Part shown: positions 14,017 to 24,325 of the stretch, piece after piece
Position numbering within the stretch: the stretch's first letter is position 1
How the letters are laid out: every line of letters starts with the position of its first letter
Origin: an uncultured Enteractinococcus sp.
GTDB taxonomy: Bacteria; Actinomycetota; Actinomycetes; Actinomycetales; Micrococcaceae
Assembly: GCA_964482935.1 (NCBI GenBank)
Contig: CAZAAP010000001.1
Location: forward strand, 5,569-69,568
DNA length: 64,000 bases
Direction of reading: 5' to 3'
The notes under the pieces: model-generated
What the model was told of the DNA's origin: nothing
Databases searched by the model: none
The model's input: the letters and a program-made list of their open reading frames with translations, nothing else
Program-made: the position numbers and the translations under genes

Positions 14017-15645
14017 ATGCCTGAAACCCCTATAGATGCCCTGGCTGAGGACTACGCCCGCCAGCTCGCTGATCTCAATCCGGTTGCTGCCTCTGAGATC
14101 GGCCTGACAGGATACGCCGATAAACTGCCCGACTATTCGCCAGCCGGTGCCGAAGCATTAGATTCCGTGCAAGCCCACACCTTGGAGCGGCTCAACGGGT
14201 TACGGCCGCAATCCCCTCAAGATCAGGTCACGCATGATGCTCTTGTCGAGCGGCTAACAGTCGATCGTCAGCTACATGCAACCGGTGTGGTCCCGCTGAA
14301 TAACATCGCTTCGCCCGTCCAGGACATTCGGGCCACCTTTGATCTCATGCCAACTGATACGGCCGTAGACTGGCGGAATATTGCGGCTCGTCTCTCCAAG
14401 GTCGGCACAGCATTAGACGGCTATCGTGCTCGTCTCGATGCGGCTATCGCACAGGGGTTGCCGCCAGCACAGCGACAGGTTGATGCCTGCATTAGCCAGG
14501 CCTTGGCTGCTGCGAAAAATTTCTTTACTGATTTGGTAGCGTCAGCAACCGAGATGCCTAAGGGCCTGCGAACGGATCTCGACCGTGCCGGTAGCCAGGC
14601 TGCCGCGGCCTACGCACAGTTGGCAACCTACCTTCGAGATGAAGTACGTCCTCAAGCCCGCACTACGGACGCGGTAGGCCAAGACTATTACCAACTGGCA
14701 TCGCAAGAGTTTCTAGGCACCAAGATCGATCTGTCCGAAACGTATGCCTGGGGGCTGGAAGAACTTGACCGCATTGTCTCCGAACAACAGCGGATCGCCG
14801 AGGCAATCGAGCCAGGCCTCAGTATTGAAGGGGCGCGACAGGTACTTTCGGCTGATCCGACCCGGCAACTACATGGCACTGAAACACTCCGGATCTGGAT
14901 GCAAGAGTTGTCTGATAGGACGATTGCTGCGATGAAGCAGCACTTTGATATCCCATCGCCCATGGACTACGTGCAAGCAATGATTGCACCAACCCAGGAC
15001 GGCGGGATCTATTACACCGGACCATCCGAAGACTTCACGCGACCGGGACGCATGTGGTGGTCGGTACCCGAAGGGGAAGATACCTTCACCACCTGGCAAC
15101 AGACCACCACGGTCTTTCATGAAGGCGTGCCCGGGCATCACCTGCAAATTGCCACAGCGATGCTCAATGCCGACCAACTCAACTCCTGGCGTCGCAACTG
15201 GTTATGGGTCTCTGGGCACGGCGAAGGTTGGGCTCTCTATGCTGAAGACCTCATGCAAGAACTGGGTTACTTAGAAGATCCGGGTGATTATATGGGCATG
15301 TTGGATGCTCAGCGAATGCGCGCGGCCCGGGTAGTTTTTGATATCGGTGTGCACTGTGGTTTCACAGCTCCCCCAGAATGGGGAGGCAAGACCTGGAACG
15401 TTGAGACTGCTTTTGCATTCCTGCAAGCACATCTCAATGAAACCCCCGGGGTATTGGATTTTGAATTTACGCGCTACTTAGGTTGGCCCGGTCAGGCACC
15501 AAGCTACGCGGTCGGCAAGCGCATCTGGCAGCACATCCGTGCCGAGCATGAACAGGCACCAGACTTTGATCTGAAAACTTTTCATACCCGCGCTCTCGAG
15601 CTGGGATCCATGGGATTAGATACATTGGAAAGGGCCCTGCGATGA
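14017..15645 (+). CDS. DUF885 family protein (putative metallopeptidase)
   Basis: FHEGVPGHHLQ, GEGWALYAE, RYLGWPGQAPSY. Confidence 0.9.
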   Translation: MPETPIDALAEDYARQLADLNPVAASEIGLTGYADKLPDYSPAGAEALDSVQAHTLERLNGLRPQSPQDQVTHDALVERLTVDRQLHATGVVPLNNIASPVQDIRATFDLMPTDTAVDWRNIAARLSKVGTALDGYRARLDAAIAQGLPPAQRQVDACISQALAAAKNFFTDLVASATEMPKGLRTDLDRAGSQAAAAYAQLATYLRDEVRPQARTTDAVGQDYYQLASQEFLGTKIDLSETYAWGLEELDRIVSEQQRIAEAIEPGLSIEGARQVLSADPTRQLHGTETLRIWMQELSDRTIAAMKQHFDIPSPMDYVQAMIAPTQDGGIYYTGPSEDFTRPGRMWWSVPEGEDTFTTWQQTTTVFHEGVPGHHLQIATAMLNADQLNSWRRNWLWVSGHGEGWALYAEDLMQELGYLEDPGDYMGMLDAQRMRAARVVFDIGVHCGFTAPPEWGGKTWNVETAFAFLQAHLNETPGVLDFEFTRYLGWPGQAPSYAVGKRIWQHIRAEHEQAPDFDLKTFHTRALELGSMGLDTLERALR

Positions 15646-16277
15646 AGATTCAACTAGTGCTTGGTTCAGCATCTCCTGCTCGGGCCGATATTTTACGCCG
15701 GGCCGGTTTGCCATTTATTCAACGACCAGCCGATATCGATGAAGAGACACTCGCCGCCCAGATCGCACAACCGCGAGACCAGGCGCAAGCCCTGGCAACC
15801 GCCAAAGCTCATGCCGTAGCGGATCTACTGTTGTCTGAACAACGCCTCGAACAACCGACCTACGTTATTGCCGCAGATTCGGTTTTTGAATTCTACGGCC
15901 AGCCTTACGGTAAACCGCATCAGCCAGAGATAGCTCGCCAACGGTGGCGGGCCCAACGGGGCAAGAACGGCATTCTGCATAGCGGCCACTGTGTCATAGC
16001 TCTTATAGATCACCAAAAACAGCATGTAGTGGAAGAAACTGTGAGCGCCGGTGTTACCTTTGCCCAGGTGACCGACGCTGTCATTGATGACTACGTTGCC
16101 ACCGGTGAACCACTTCATGTGGCCGGCGGATTCACACTCGAAGGCTACGGGGCGACCATGGTCGATCGAGTGGAAGGCGACCCGAATGCTGTCCTAGGGC
16201 TGTCCATGCGAGCCGTCCGCGAGCTGTTCGATAGCGTAGGCGTTTCCCTGACGAAACTTTGGTGCGAGGGCGAATAG
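15642..16277 (+). CDS. maf: Maf family nucleotide pyrophosphatase
   Basis: LVLGSASPAR, IAADSV, YGKP, TGEPLHVAGGF, VLGL. Confidence 0.92.
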   Translation: MKIQLVLGSASPARADILRRAGLPFIQRPADIDEETLAAQIAQPRDQAQALATAKAHAVADLLLSEQRLEQPTYVIAADSVFEFYGQPYGKPHQPEIARQRWRAQRGKNGILHSGHCVIALIDHQKQHVVEETVSAGVTFAQVTDAVIDDYVATGEPLHVAGGFTLEGYGATMVDRVEGDPNAVLGLSMRAVRELFDSVGVSLTKLWCEGE

Positions 16278-16284
16278 ACCACAA

Positions 16285-16305
16285 TCTTGTAGGATTCCTA
16301 CAAGA
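16285..16305. promoter_or_regulatory. Palindromic operator, FasR/MabR-like TTGT-N9-ACAA
   Basis: TCTTGTAGGA-T-TCCTACAAGA perfect 10-bp arms upstream of the biotin carboxylase gene. Confidence 0.65.
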
Positions 16306-16447
16306 AAGCGCGCCTTTTTGACTGACTCGGTGCGTCATTCTGTATGGTTTCCACGGATTCGTCCTAAGCTGCTTTAGATGGCAGCACGACGCGACCCGTT
16401 TCGTGTGTCTGTTCTGCGCAGCGTTCCACCTAAGGAGTAATGTTTCT

Positions 16448-18283
16448 ATGTCCATGACCACTGCGTCATCCTCGATGAGCTACCGGCCCTTTTCGAAGGT
16501 CTTGATCGCCAATCGGGGTGAGATCGCGGTTCGTATCATCCGCGCCGCGCAAGATGAAGGACTAGAAGCCGTTGCGATCTACGCGAACCCTGACCGTGAC
16601 GCAATGCATGTACGTCTTGCCGACCATGCATTCTCCCTCAACGGTGACACTGTGGCAGACACTTACCTCGCGATGAACAAGGTCCTCAAAGCTGCCAAAG
16701 ACTCCGGTGCAGACGCAGTGCACCCCGGGTACGGATTTCTCGCTGAAAACGCCGACTTTGCCCAAGCGGTCATCGATGCTGGACTCGTATGGATCGGCCC
16801 GCCACCGGCGGCTATTCACGCGTTAGGGGATAAAGTCGCTGCCCGTCACATCGCCCAAAAAGTCGGCGCACCGCTGGCACCGGGCACCGCCGACCCGGTG
16901 GAATCCTCACAAGAAGTCGTTGCCTTCGCCGATGAGTTCGGCCTACCGCTAGCCATCAAGGCCGCACACGGTGGCGGCGGGCGCGGCATTAAAGTCGTGC
17001 GCCAACGTGCTGAAATTCCTGAGGCTTTTGAATCCGCCGTTCGGGAAGCGACCCTCGCGTTTGGCCGTGGTGAGTGCTTCGTCGAACGCTTCCTCGATGC
17101 ACCCCGCCATCTCGAAACCCAGTGCTTAGCCGATAAAGACGGCAACGTTGTGGTCGTCTCAACCCGTGATTGTTCACTGCAGCGTCGAAATCAGAAACTT
17201 GTCGAAGAAGCACCGGCACCGTATCTCACCGCTGACCAGGAACAACTCCTTTACGATGCATCGGTCGGGCTGCTTCAAGAAGCTGGCTACGTTGGCGCCG
17301 GTACGTGTGAGTTCCTCATCGGTCAGGACGGCACGATCTCGTTTTTAGAGGTCAATACACGCTTACAGGTCGAACACACGGTGTCGGAAGAGGTCACCGG
17401 GATCGACCTGGTGCGCGAACAATTCCGGATCGCCCGCGGTGAGCTCCTGGGATACGATCATCCGAAGGTTGAAGGCCACTCTTTTGAATTTCGTATCACC
17501 GCAGAAGACCCCGGCCAGAATTTCATGCCAGCCCCTGGCACCATCACCAAGATGCGGCTGCCAGGCGGTCCGGGTGTACGCATCGATACCGGAGTAGAAG
17601 AAGGCGAAACCATTTCGGGAGCCTTCGATTCGATGGTCGCCAAGCTCATCGTGACCGGCAAGGATCGCAAAGAGGCCCTGCAGCGTTCACACCGTGCCCT
17701 CAATGAAATGCGCATCGCAGGTCTTGCCACCGTCCTGCCCTTCCACCGCACCGTCATCCAAGACCCCAACTTTGCTCCAGAGCTTGATCAACCGAGCCAG
17801 AAGATACCGGTCGAAGGTCCGTTCACCGTTCACACCCGGTGGATCGAGACCGACTTCATCAACGAGCTGGCACCGCAATCTGTCGTACCAGGCATGACCT
17901 CCGACGACGATACTGACCGTCGCGTAGTCACCGTGGAGGTCAATGGCAAGCGTGTCGAGGTGACCCTGCCGGACTCTCTGGCGGGGATCGCAGCGGTAGA
18001 CGCGAAACCCAAACGCCGTCGTCCAACCCGTAGTGCCACAGCGACCAGTGGTGCATCTGCAGCCTCCGGAGACTCCGTCACCTCACCGATGCAGGGTACG
18101 ATCGTCAAGCTCGGCGTCGCTATCGGGGATGAAGTCTCGGAAGGTGATCTGATCTTGGTACTGGAAGCGATGAAGATGGAACAACCTATCACCGCTCATA
18201 AGGCCGGCAAAGTCACCGAGCTGACCGCAGAAGCAGGATCAACAGTCAATGCCGGAGCCGTCCTGGCCACCATTGAGGGGTAA
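16448..18283 (+). CDS. Acyl-CoA carboxylase alpha subunit (biotin carboxylase + BCCP), AccBC/AccA3-like
   Basis: [43 protein letters not shown] biotin site; start behind AAGGAG. Confidence 0.96.
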   Translation: MSMTTASSSMSYRPFSKVLIANRGEIAVRIIRAAQDEGLEAVAIYANPDRDAMHVRLADHAFSLNGDTVADTYLAMNKVLKAAKDSGADAVHPGYGFLAENADFAQAVIDAGLVWIGPPPAAIHALGDKVAARHIAQKVGAPLAPGTADPVESSQEVVAFADEFGLPLAIKAAHGGGGRGIKVVRQRAEIPEAFESAVREATLAFGRGECFVERFLDAPRHLETQCLADKDGNVVVVSTRDCSLQRRNQKLVEEAPAPYLTADQEQLLYDASVGLLQEAGYVGAGTCEFLIGQDGTISFLEVNTRLQVEHTVSEEVTGIDLVREQFRIARGELLGYDHPKVEGHSFEFRITAEDPGQNFMPAPGTITKMRLPGGPGVRIDTGVEEGETISGAFDSMVAKLIVTGKDRKEALQRSHRALNEMRIAGLATVLPFHRTVIQDPNFAPELDQPSQKIPVEGPFTVHTRWIETDFINELAPQSVVPGMTSDDDTDRRVVTVEVNGKRVEVTLPDSLAGIAAVDAKPKRRRPTRSATATSGASAASGDSVTSPMQGTIVKLGVAIGDEVSEGDLILVLEAMKMEQPITAHKAGKVTELTAEAGSTVNAGAVLATIEG

Positions 18284-18399
18284 CACTGCGTAGGAGTGTG
18301 AAGCTCCACTCTGCAGCATACTTACAATGAAATGTTTCGCTAGGGGGCGTTGTCGCGCGTCACCTAGATTCTTCTGAACTCACAACAAAGGTACTTTTG

Positions 18400-19818
18400 A
18401 TGTCATCGCAACCCGCAAAGACTTCGCATGGTATCCAGGATGATGAGCTGGGTGTGCCCCGCTGGAAAATCATCATGGCCGCTGTCGTCGGCACCACCAT
18501 CGAATTCTACGATTTCTATATTTATGCCACCGCAGCGGTCTCTGTTTTTCCGCTGATCTTCTTCCCGGGTGGTGACGCCCAAACCGCGCTGCTAGCTTCC
18601 ATGGCGACCTTCGGCGCCGCCTTCGTTGCCCGGCCACTCGGATCGGTCATTTTCGGTCACATGGGCGACCGCCTGGGTCGCAAGGTCACCTTGATCGGTG
18701 CCCTGCTGACTATGGGTATCGCGACCTTTATCATTGGCCTGCTGCCCACGTATTACCAGATCGGTCTGTGGGCTCCAGCGATGCTGACTATTTTGCGGTT
18801 CTGCCAAGGCCTTGGTCTGGGTGGCGAATGGTCGGGTGCAGCCTTGCTCGTGACCGAAACCGCCAAGCCCGGCAAGCGGGCCACAGCCGCCATGTGGCCA
18901 CAGCTGGGTGCTCCCTTCGGCTTCTTCCTAGCCAATGGCTTCTTCTTGGTTTTGACACTCGTTTTCGGTTACAACTCAGCTGAACACGGTGCCGATCACG
19001 TCTTCATTGACTGGGTCTGGCGTGTGCCGTTCTTGGCCTCGATCATCATGGTTGCCATTGGGCTGTGGGTTCGCGTCTCCCTCGAGGAAACCCCCGTCTT
19101 CAAGCGCGCCATTGCACAAGACGAACGCGTCAAAGCACCGCTGAAAGATGTGTTTGTTAAAAACTGGTGGCAGCTGATCCTCGGCACCTTCATCATGTAT
19201 GCCACCTATGTGCTGTTTTATTTGATGACGACCTGGGTGTTGTCCTATGCGATTGGTAACCCTGACGCCGGTGGTTTAGGTACTGCCTATGATGATTTCC
19301 TGGTCATTCAGCTGATCTCTATCCTCTTCTTCGCAGCTTTCGTACCGGTCGCAGGATTCCTGGCCGATAAGTTTGGTCGCAAACCAACCATGCTGGTCAT
19401 TACCACGCTGATGATCATCTTCGGGCTACTCTTTGGATGGTGGCTCAACGCAGACGTCATCGTGGACGTCGATGGCAGTGTGAACACCACTCGAATGATC
19501 GTATTCATGATCGTCGGGATGGCGCTGATGGGTCTAACTTTCGGTCCGATGTCAGCAATCCTGCCTGAACTCTTCCCGACTGAAACTCGTTATACCGGCT
19601 CGGGTATTGCCTATAACGTGTCGTCCATTTTGGGGGCTGCGCTGACGCCGTTCATTGCGACCTGGTTGATGGCCAACTACGACGTCTCATATGTCGGGTA
19701 CTACTTGGCGGCTGCATCCGTCATTACGCTGATTTTCTTGGCGCTGAGCCCAGAAACGAAATACCGGTCGCTCACCAACCTCGACGAAGACGAGATCCAG
19801 CGAACGCCTACTCAGTAG
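18400..19818 (+). CDS. MFS transporter, metabolite:H+ symporter (MHS/ShiA-like)
   Basis: GTTIEFYDF, GDRLGRK, GLGLGGEWSGA, LEETPVF, ELFPT. Confidence 0.92.
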   Translation: MSSQPAKTSHGIQDDELGVPRWKIIMAAVVGTTIEFYDFYIYATAAVSVFPLIFFPGGDAQTALLASMATFGAAFVARPLGSVIFGHMGDRLGRKVTLIGALLTMGIATFIIGLLPTYYQIGLWAPAMLTILRFCQGLGLGGEWSGAALLVTETAKPGKRATAAMWPQLGAPFGFFLANGFFLVLTLVFGYNSAEHGADHVFIDWVWRVPFLASIIMVAIGLWVRVSLEETPVFKRAIAQDERVKAPLKDVFVKNWWQLILGTFIMYATYVLFYLMTTWVLSYAIGNPDAGGLGTAYDDFLVIQLISILFFAAFVPVAGFLADKFGRKPTMLVITTLMIIFGLLFGWWLNADVIVDVDGSVNTTRMIVFMIVGMALMGLTFGPMSAILPELFPTETRYTGSGIAYNVSSILGAALTPFIATWLMANYDVSYVGYYLAAASVITLIFLALSPETKYRSLTNLDEDEIQRTPTQ

Positions 19819-19852
19819 CTGTTGCAGTAGAACGCCCCTAGTCTCGAGATAC

Positions 19853-19898
19853 CGCACTGCCCGGGCTCCTGTTACAGCAGGGGTACCGGGCAGTGGCG
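19853..19898. terminator. Probable bidirectional terminator hairpin
   Basis: CACTGCCCGG...CCGGGCAGTG inverted repeat between convergent genes. Confidence 0.65.
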
Positions 19899-19914
19899 TT
19901 AGCTAGCGTGAAGC

Positions 19915-21900
19915 CTATGTGGTGTAGTTCGCCGCGTAGTCAAGATACCACTGCAAGACATCGGGTTCGGCCGCGGTCTCGGTTGCGACCTTATCCGGCG
20001 TCATACCCTGCAACACGCGTTTGATCGGTACTTCCATGAGCTTGCCGGTCTTGGTCATCGGGACCCCGGGGGCAATAATAATGTCATCGGGCACATACCG
20101 CGGGGACAGTTCAGTGCGAATGGTTTCGATCACTTTGTCTTTGAGTAGCTGAGGGTCGGTATTCGGCTTGCGCGGTACGACAAATAAGGGCATGTAGTAG
20201 CCGCCGTCGTCGAGTTCAGCGCCTATCACCATGGACGCGGTCACCTCATCCAGGGCATCGACGACCTGGTAGAGGTCAGAAGACCCCATGCGGATACCGC
20301 CGCGGTTGAGGGTTGCATCTGAGCGCCCATGGATAACAAAGGATAGCCTGTCGGTTTTGGTGGCAAAGTCGCCGTGGTACCAAATCTGAGGGTCATGGCT
20401 GAAGTATGCGTCGCGGTAGCGCGAGCCGTCGTCATCATTCCAAAAATATAATGGCATGGTGGGCATGGGTTGAGTAATGACCAGCTCGCCGACCTCTTCT
20501 GTCACGGGAGTGCCGTTGTCATTGTAGACGTCAGCGGCGACTCCCAAATGGGGTCCCATGAGCTCATTGATGCGCACCGGATCCATCGGGTTGGACCCGA
20601 CAAACACCGAGCACACGTCGGTGCCGCCTGAATCCGAGCGCAATCGCACATCGGGGCTGACCGCATCGTAGACCCACCGCCAAGTGCGAGCCGGCAGCGG
20701 GGACGCCGAGACCAAAATGTCGGTCAGATGCGATAGGTCATAGTGGTTTTTCGGAATGAGTTTCGATTCTTGAACACCGGTGAGGATCGCAGCACCACAC
20801 CCGTAAAAGGCAACTCGTTCGTTGGCCAAGATCTCGAATTGACGCCCCGGTCCCCCAGCGAAGACGGCACCAGAATAGGTCACGGCTTTGGCACCGGTGA
20901 TTAGTACGGCCACCTGCATATTCCATAGCATCCAGGTGGTCGAGGTCGAAATGTAAACGGGCGCTCCCTTGGGTACCCGGTAGTGCAGTCCAAAGGATTT
21001 CGCGATCTCCAGTACGGTCCCGCCGTGACCTTGAACAATGCCCTTGGGTGTGCCCGTGGTCCCGGAGGAGTAGAGCACCCACAGCGGATGCGAGAAGTCC
21101 ACGGCCGTGTATTGAGGTTCTCGCGGTTCGGCGACAATATCGTCATAACGCGTTGTGCTGACCTCGTGGTCCGTAACGACAGGAGCGACCTGGTCAGCCA
21201 CACCGGTGTGTGCGTTTTCGACCAGGATGTGGTGGGCCACCGATGGCAGGTCTTCTAACAGTGCGTCAAGGTCGTCGATTTGATGCCGAAGTGTGCCCCC
21301 AAGTTCGACCGCGTCGATGGTGATGAGCACTTTGGGTTGCAATTGTTTGAAACGGCTCAGGATGCCGGTAACGCCGAAGTCGACGTTGACGACCGACCAG
21401 ATCGCGCCCACCGCCGCGCTACCTAACAGCCCAACGATGGCCTGTGGAATGTTGGGCATGGCCGCAGCCACCACATCGCCTTGGCCCACGCCGATGCTGC
21501 GTAGGTGATGGGCAAAGGCGCCGACCTGTCCGGCGAGTTGTTGCCAGGTCAGTGCTGTACGGTTCAGGGATTCATCGAGGCCGACAATGGCTTCCTGATC
21601 GGCTAGCTCTTGAGCGTAGCGCAACACGTTCTGGGCGTAGTTCACCGTGGCACCCCGACCCCAGAGGGTATCGGGCATGCGACCCTGGAGCATCGGACCG
21701 GTGGGTTTTTCTCCGATAACCTCAAAGTAATCCCAGATCTCGGTCCAGAACAGTTCTAGGTCAGCTACGGACCACCGCCACAGGTCCAGATAGGTCTCCA
21801 TGGACAGGCCATGTTTGGCATTCATAGCCGTCATGAATGCATACATGGCAGTGGCGCGTACCTGCTCAGCGGTAGGTTGCCACAAAATGTTGTCAGTCAC
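19915..21900 (-). CDS. Acetoacetate-CoA ligase
   Basis: YSSGTTGTPKGIVQGHGG, SGGTDVCS, WYHGDF, GRSDATLNRGGIRMG, TGKLMEVPIK. Confidence 0.92.
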   Translation of the reverse strand: MTDNILWQPTAEQVRATAMYAFMTAMNAKHGLSMETYLDLWRWSVADLELFWTEIWDYFEVIGEKPTGPMLQGRMPDTLWGRGATVNYAQNVLRYAQELADQEAIVGLDESLNRTALTWQQLAGQVGAFAHHLRSIGVGQGDVVAAAMPNIPQAIVGLLGSAAVGAIWSVVNVDFGVTGILSRFKQLQPKVLITIDAVELGGTLRHQIDDLDALLEDLPSVAHHILVENAHTGVADQVAPVVTDHEVSTTRYDDIVAEPREPQYTAVDFSHPLWVLYSSGTTGTPKGIVQGHGGTVLEIAKSFGLHYRVPKGAPVYISTSTTWMLWNMQVAVLITGAKAVTYSGAVFAGGPGRQFEILANERVAFYGCGAAILTGVQESKLIPKNHYDLSHLTDILVSASPLPARTWRWVYDAVSPDVRLRSDSGGTDVCSVFVGSNPMDPVRINELMGPHLGVAADVYNDNGTPVTEEVGELVITQPMPTMPLYFWNDDDGSRYRDAYFSHDPQIWYHGDFATKTDRLSFVIHGRSDATLNRGGIRMGSSDLYQVVDALDEVTASMVIGAELDDGGYYMPLFVVPRKPNTDPQLLKDKVIETIRTELSPRYVPDDIIIAPGVPMTKTGKLMEVPIKRVLQGMTPDKVATETAAEPDVLQWYLDYAANYTT

Positions 21901-21987
21901 GATATCTCCGAACGACGTACGAGATCATCATGTTTTTCAGTGTAGTCCCTGGCCAGGGCTTGGCGCAGCTGCTCGGTGACCGGTGGG

Positions 21988-23394
21988 TTAGAACTCTTCG
22001 CGCTTGTGCAATTGGCGAGCCACTTCAGCCACGGTGCCCGACAGCGACGGGTAGATGGTAAAGGTGTCCGCTAGATCGTCAACGTGCAGCTTATGGGTCA
22101 CGGCCAAGGTCAACGCATAGATGAGATCCGAGGCTCGCGGTGCTACGATCACACCGCCCAGGACGTGTCCAGATCCCCGGCGGGCAAAGATTTTCACAAA
22201 ACCCTCGCGAACATTCATCATCTTGGCGCGCGGATTGGCCGCCATCGGAATCATATATTCATCGACCTGGTATTCCCCGCTGGTAACCATTGCGTCGGTG
22301 ACGCCAACTGTGGCAATCTCCGGGGAGGTAAAAATATTCGAGGCCACCTGGTTGCGGGAAAACGGTTTGACCGTATCACCAAGGATATGGTTAACGGCAA
22401 TCCTGCCCTGCATTGCAGCAACCGAAGCCAGCGCAAGGCGCCCGGTGCAGTCCCCGGCAGCATACACTCCTGGTACGGAAGTCCGGGACACTGCATCGAT
22501 CTTGATGTGGCCGGACTCGGCCGTTTCAACCCCGATGTTTTCTAGTCCTAACTCGGAAGTGTTCGGTATCCCGCCGACTGCCAGTAGACAGTGTGAGCCC
22601 TCAACGTAGCCTCCGGCCGACAGCTCGACCCGAACACCGTCACGAATGCGCGTCACAGCTTCAGCGCGCGTGCGAGAAATGACATTGACGCCACTTTCGC
22701 GAAACACATCTTCAAGGACCTGGGCCGCATCCGGGTCTTCGCCTGGCAGCAGCGTCTCACGCGAGGACACCAACGTGACGTTGGAGCCGAGCAACTGGTA
22801 GGCGGAAGCAAACTCAGCGCCTGTGACACCCGATCCGACGACCACCATGTGCTCGGGCAGTTTTTCCATTGAGTAAAGCTGTTTCCAGTTGAAGATGCGT
22901 TCTCCATCGGGCATGGCCGTGGGCAGTTCCCGCGGTGATGCTCCCGTAGCGATCAACACCGCATCCGAGTGCACCGGTTCAACGTGGCCTTCCATCGTCT
23001 GAACCTCGACGAGGTTGCGATCAACGAAGCGCCCTTCTCCCATCAGGATCCGCACACCTTTAGCCTGCAGGACCCGGCGAATGTCTTCGGACTGATCCGA
23101 AGCCAGGCGTAACAGTCGCCGGTCGATGACTTCAATATTGGAATGCACCGAGTCGGCGTCAAATTCCAGGCCAAGGCTCGGAGCGCCCTTGACTCGGCGG
23201 CGGGAGTCGGCAGACGCGATAAGGGTCTTTGAAGGAACGACATCGGTTAACACCGCGGACCCACCGATCCCATTGCGTTCAATCAGCGTGACATCGGCGC
23301 CAAATTTTGAGGCGACCAGGGCGGCTTCATAACCACCTGGTCCACCACCGATGATCGTAATGGACGGGCGCGGGACAAGTTCAAAAGTGCTCAC
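21988..23394 (-). CDS. lpdA: NAD(P)H-quinone dehydrogenase (LpdA-type flavoprotein)
   Basis: GGGPGGYEAA, GGSAVLTDVVPSK (no redox Cys pair), LASVAAMQGRIA, YPSLSG; GTG start inferred. Confidence 0.88.
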   Translation of the reverse strand: MSTFELVPRPSITIIGGGPGGYEAALVASKFGADVTLIERNGIGGSAVLTDVVPSKTLIASADSRRRVKGAPSLGLEFDADSVHSNIEVIDRRLLRLASDQSEDIRRVLQAKGVRILMGEGRFVDRNLVEVQTMEGHVEPVHSDAVLIATGASPRELPTAMPDGERIFNWKQLYSMEKLPEHMVVVGSGVTGAEFASAYQLLGSNVTLVSSRETLLPGEDPDAAQVLEDVFRESGVNVISRTRAEAVTRIRDGVRVELSAGGYVEGSHCLLAVGGIPNTSELGLENIGVETAESGHIKIDAVSRTSVPGVYAAGDCTGRLALASVAAMQGRIAVNHILGDTVKPFSRNQVASNIFTSPEIATVGVTDAMVTSGEYQVDEYMIPMAANPRAKMMNVREGFVKIFARRGSGHVLGGVIVAPRASDLIYALTLAVTHKLHVDDLADTFTIYPSLSGTVAEVARQLHKREEF

Positions 23395-23496
23395 GTGTCC
23401 TATTGTGGTCTGTTTTGCTCCGAAATGCATGAACACTACGCCGGGTCGACATGAATTTCGTTGGATTTGGTTTGTGGCGGCGCTACAGTGGGGGCT

Positions 23497-24324
23497 GTGA
23501 AAGAAACGACAGAGTTTTTAATTGGCGATCATCCAGGCTTTGAACTGGCTCGTCAGGCAGCAACCGTGCTAGCCGACAAGCTGGAGGCACAACGACACGA
23601 TATCGGCGTAGTACTGGGTTCCGGGTGGGCTCACACCATCGACTCATTGGGCGAGGTTGTCGCTGAAATACCGTTTCACGACGTCCCTGGACTCGACGGT
23701 GACGATGTAGCCGGCCACGTCCAGAAAATCACGTCCGTTCGGTTGTCCAACGGTCGCCGGGCCCTCGTGTTTGGTTCCCGTACGCATTTTTATGCCAATC
23801 GTGATGTCCAGGCAGTTGCTCACGTTGTCCGCATGATCGCTGCAGCAGGCGCCGACACGGTCGTGTTGACCAATGGGTGTGGCGGCCTGAGCCCAGATCT
23901 AGCGCCAGGCACCCCGGTGCTGATTGCCGATCACATAAATCTCACGGGTGTGACACCACTGGCTGGTCCAGCATTTGTGGATATGACGGATGCCTATGCT
24001 GCCCGGCTGCGCGCAATCGCCAAGCAGGTGGACCCAAGCCTGAAAGAAGGTGTGTATGTGCAATTCGCCGGACCACAATACGAGACGCCTGCAGAAGTTG
24101 CCATGGCGGCAAGACTCGGTGGGGACCTGGTGGGTATGTCGACGGCGTTGGATACGATCGCGGCCCGTCATGCCGGCCTGGAAGTCTTGGGCGTCTCGCT
24201 GGTGACCAATCCCGGTGCCGGAGTGACAGACGCAGCCCTATCCCACGAGGACGTTTTGGCTGCTGGAGCCGCTGCAGCACCGCGGGTATCGAAACTGCTC
24301 GCCGATATTATCCGAGCGATCTAA
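23497..24324 (+). CDS. punA: Purine-nucleoside phosphorylase (trimeric type)
   Basis: VLGSGW, RTHFY, LTNGCGG, GPQYETPAE, VGMST, SLVTN; GTG start inferred. Confidence 0.93.
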   Translation: MKETTEFLIGDHPGFELARQAATVLADKLEAQRHDIGVVLGSGWAHTIDSLGEVVAEIPFHDVPGLDGDDVAGHVQKITSVRLSNGRRALVFGSRTHFYANRDVQAVAHVVRMIAAAGADTVVLTNGCGGLSPDLAPGTPVLIADHINLTGVTPLAGPAFVDMTDAYAARLRAIAKQVDPSLKEGVYVQFAGPQYETPAEVAMAARLGGDLVGMSTALDTIAARHAGLEVLGVSLVTNPGAGVTDAALSHEDVLAAGAAAAPRVSKLLADIIRAI

Positions 24325-24325
24325 G

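Noticed and set aside
19915-21900. Acetoacetate-CoA ligase as evidence for a mevalonate pathway
   Set aside because: Widespread catabolic enzyme and no mevalonate genes in the window
21988-23394. Missing redox cysteines in a dihydrolipoamide-dehydrogenase-like protein
   Set aside because: Expected for the LpdA quinone-reductase subfamily, so not a new pseudoenzyme
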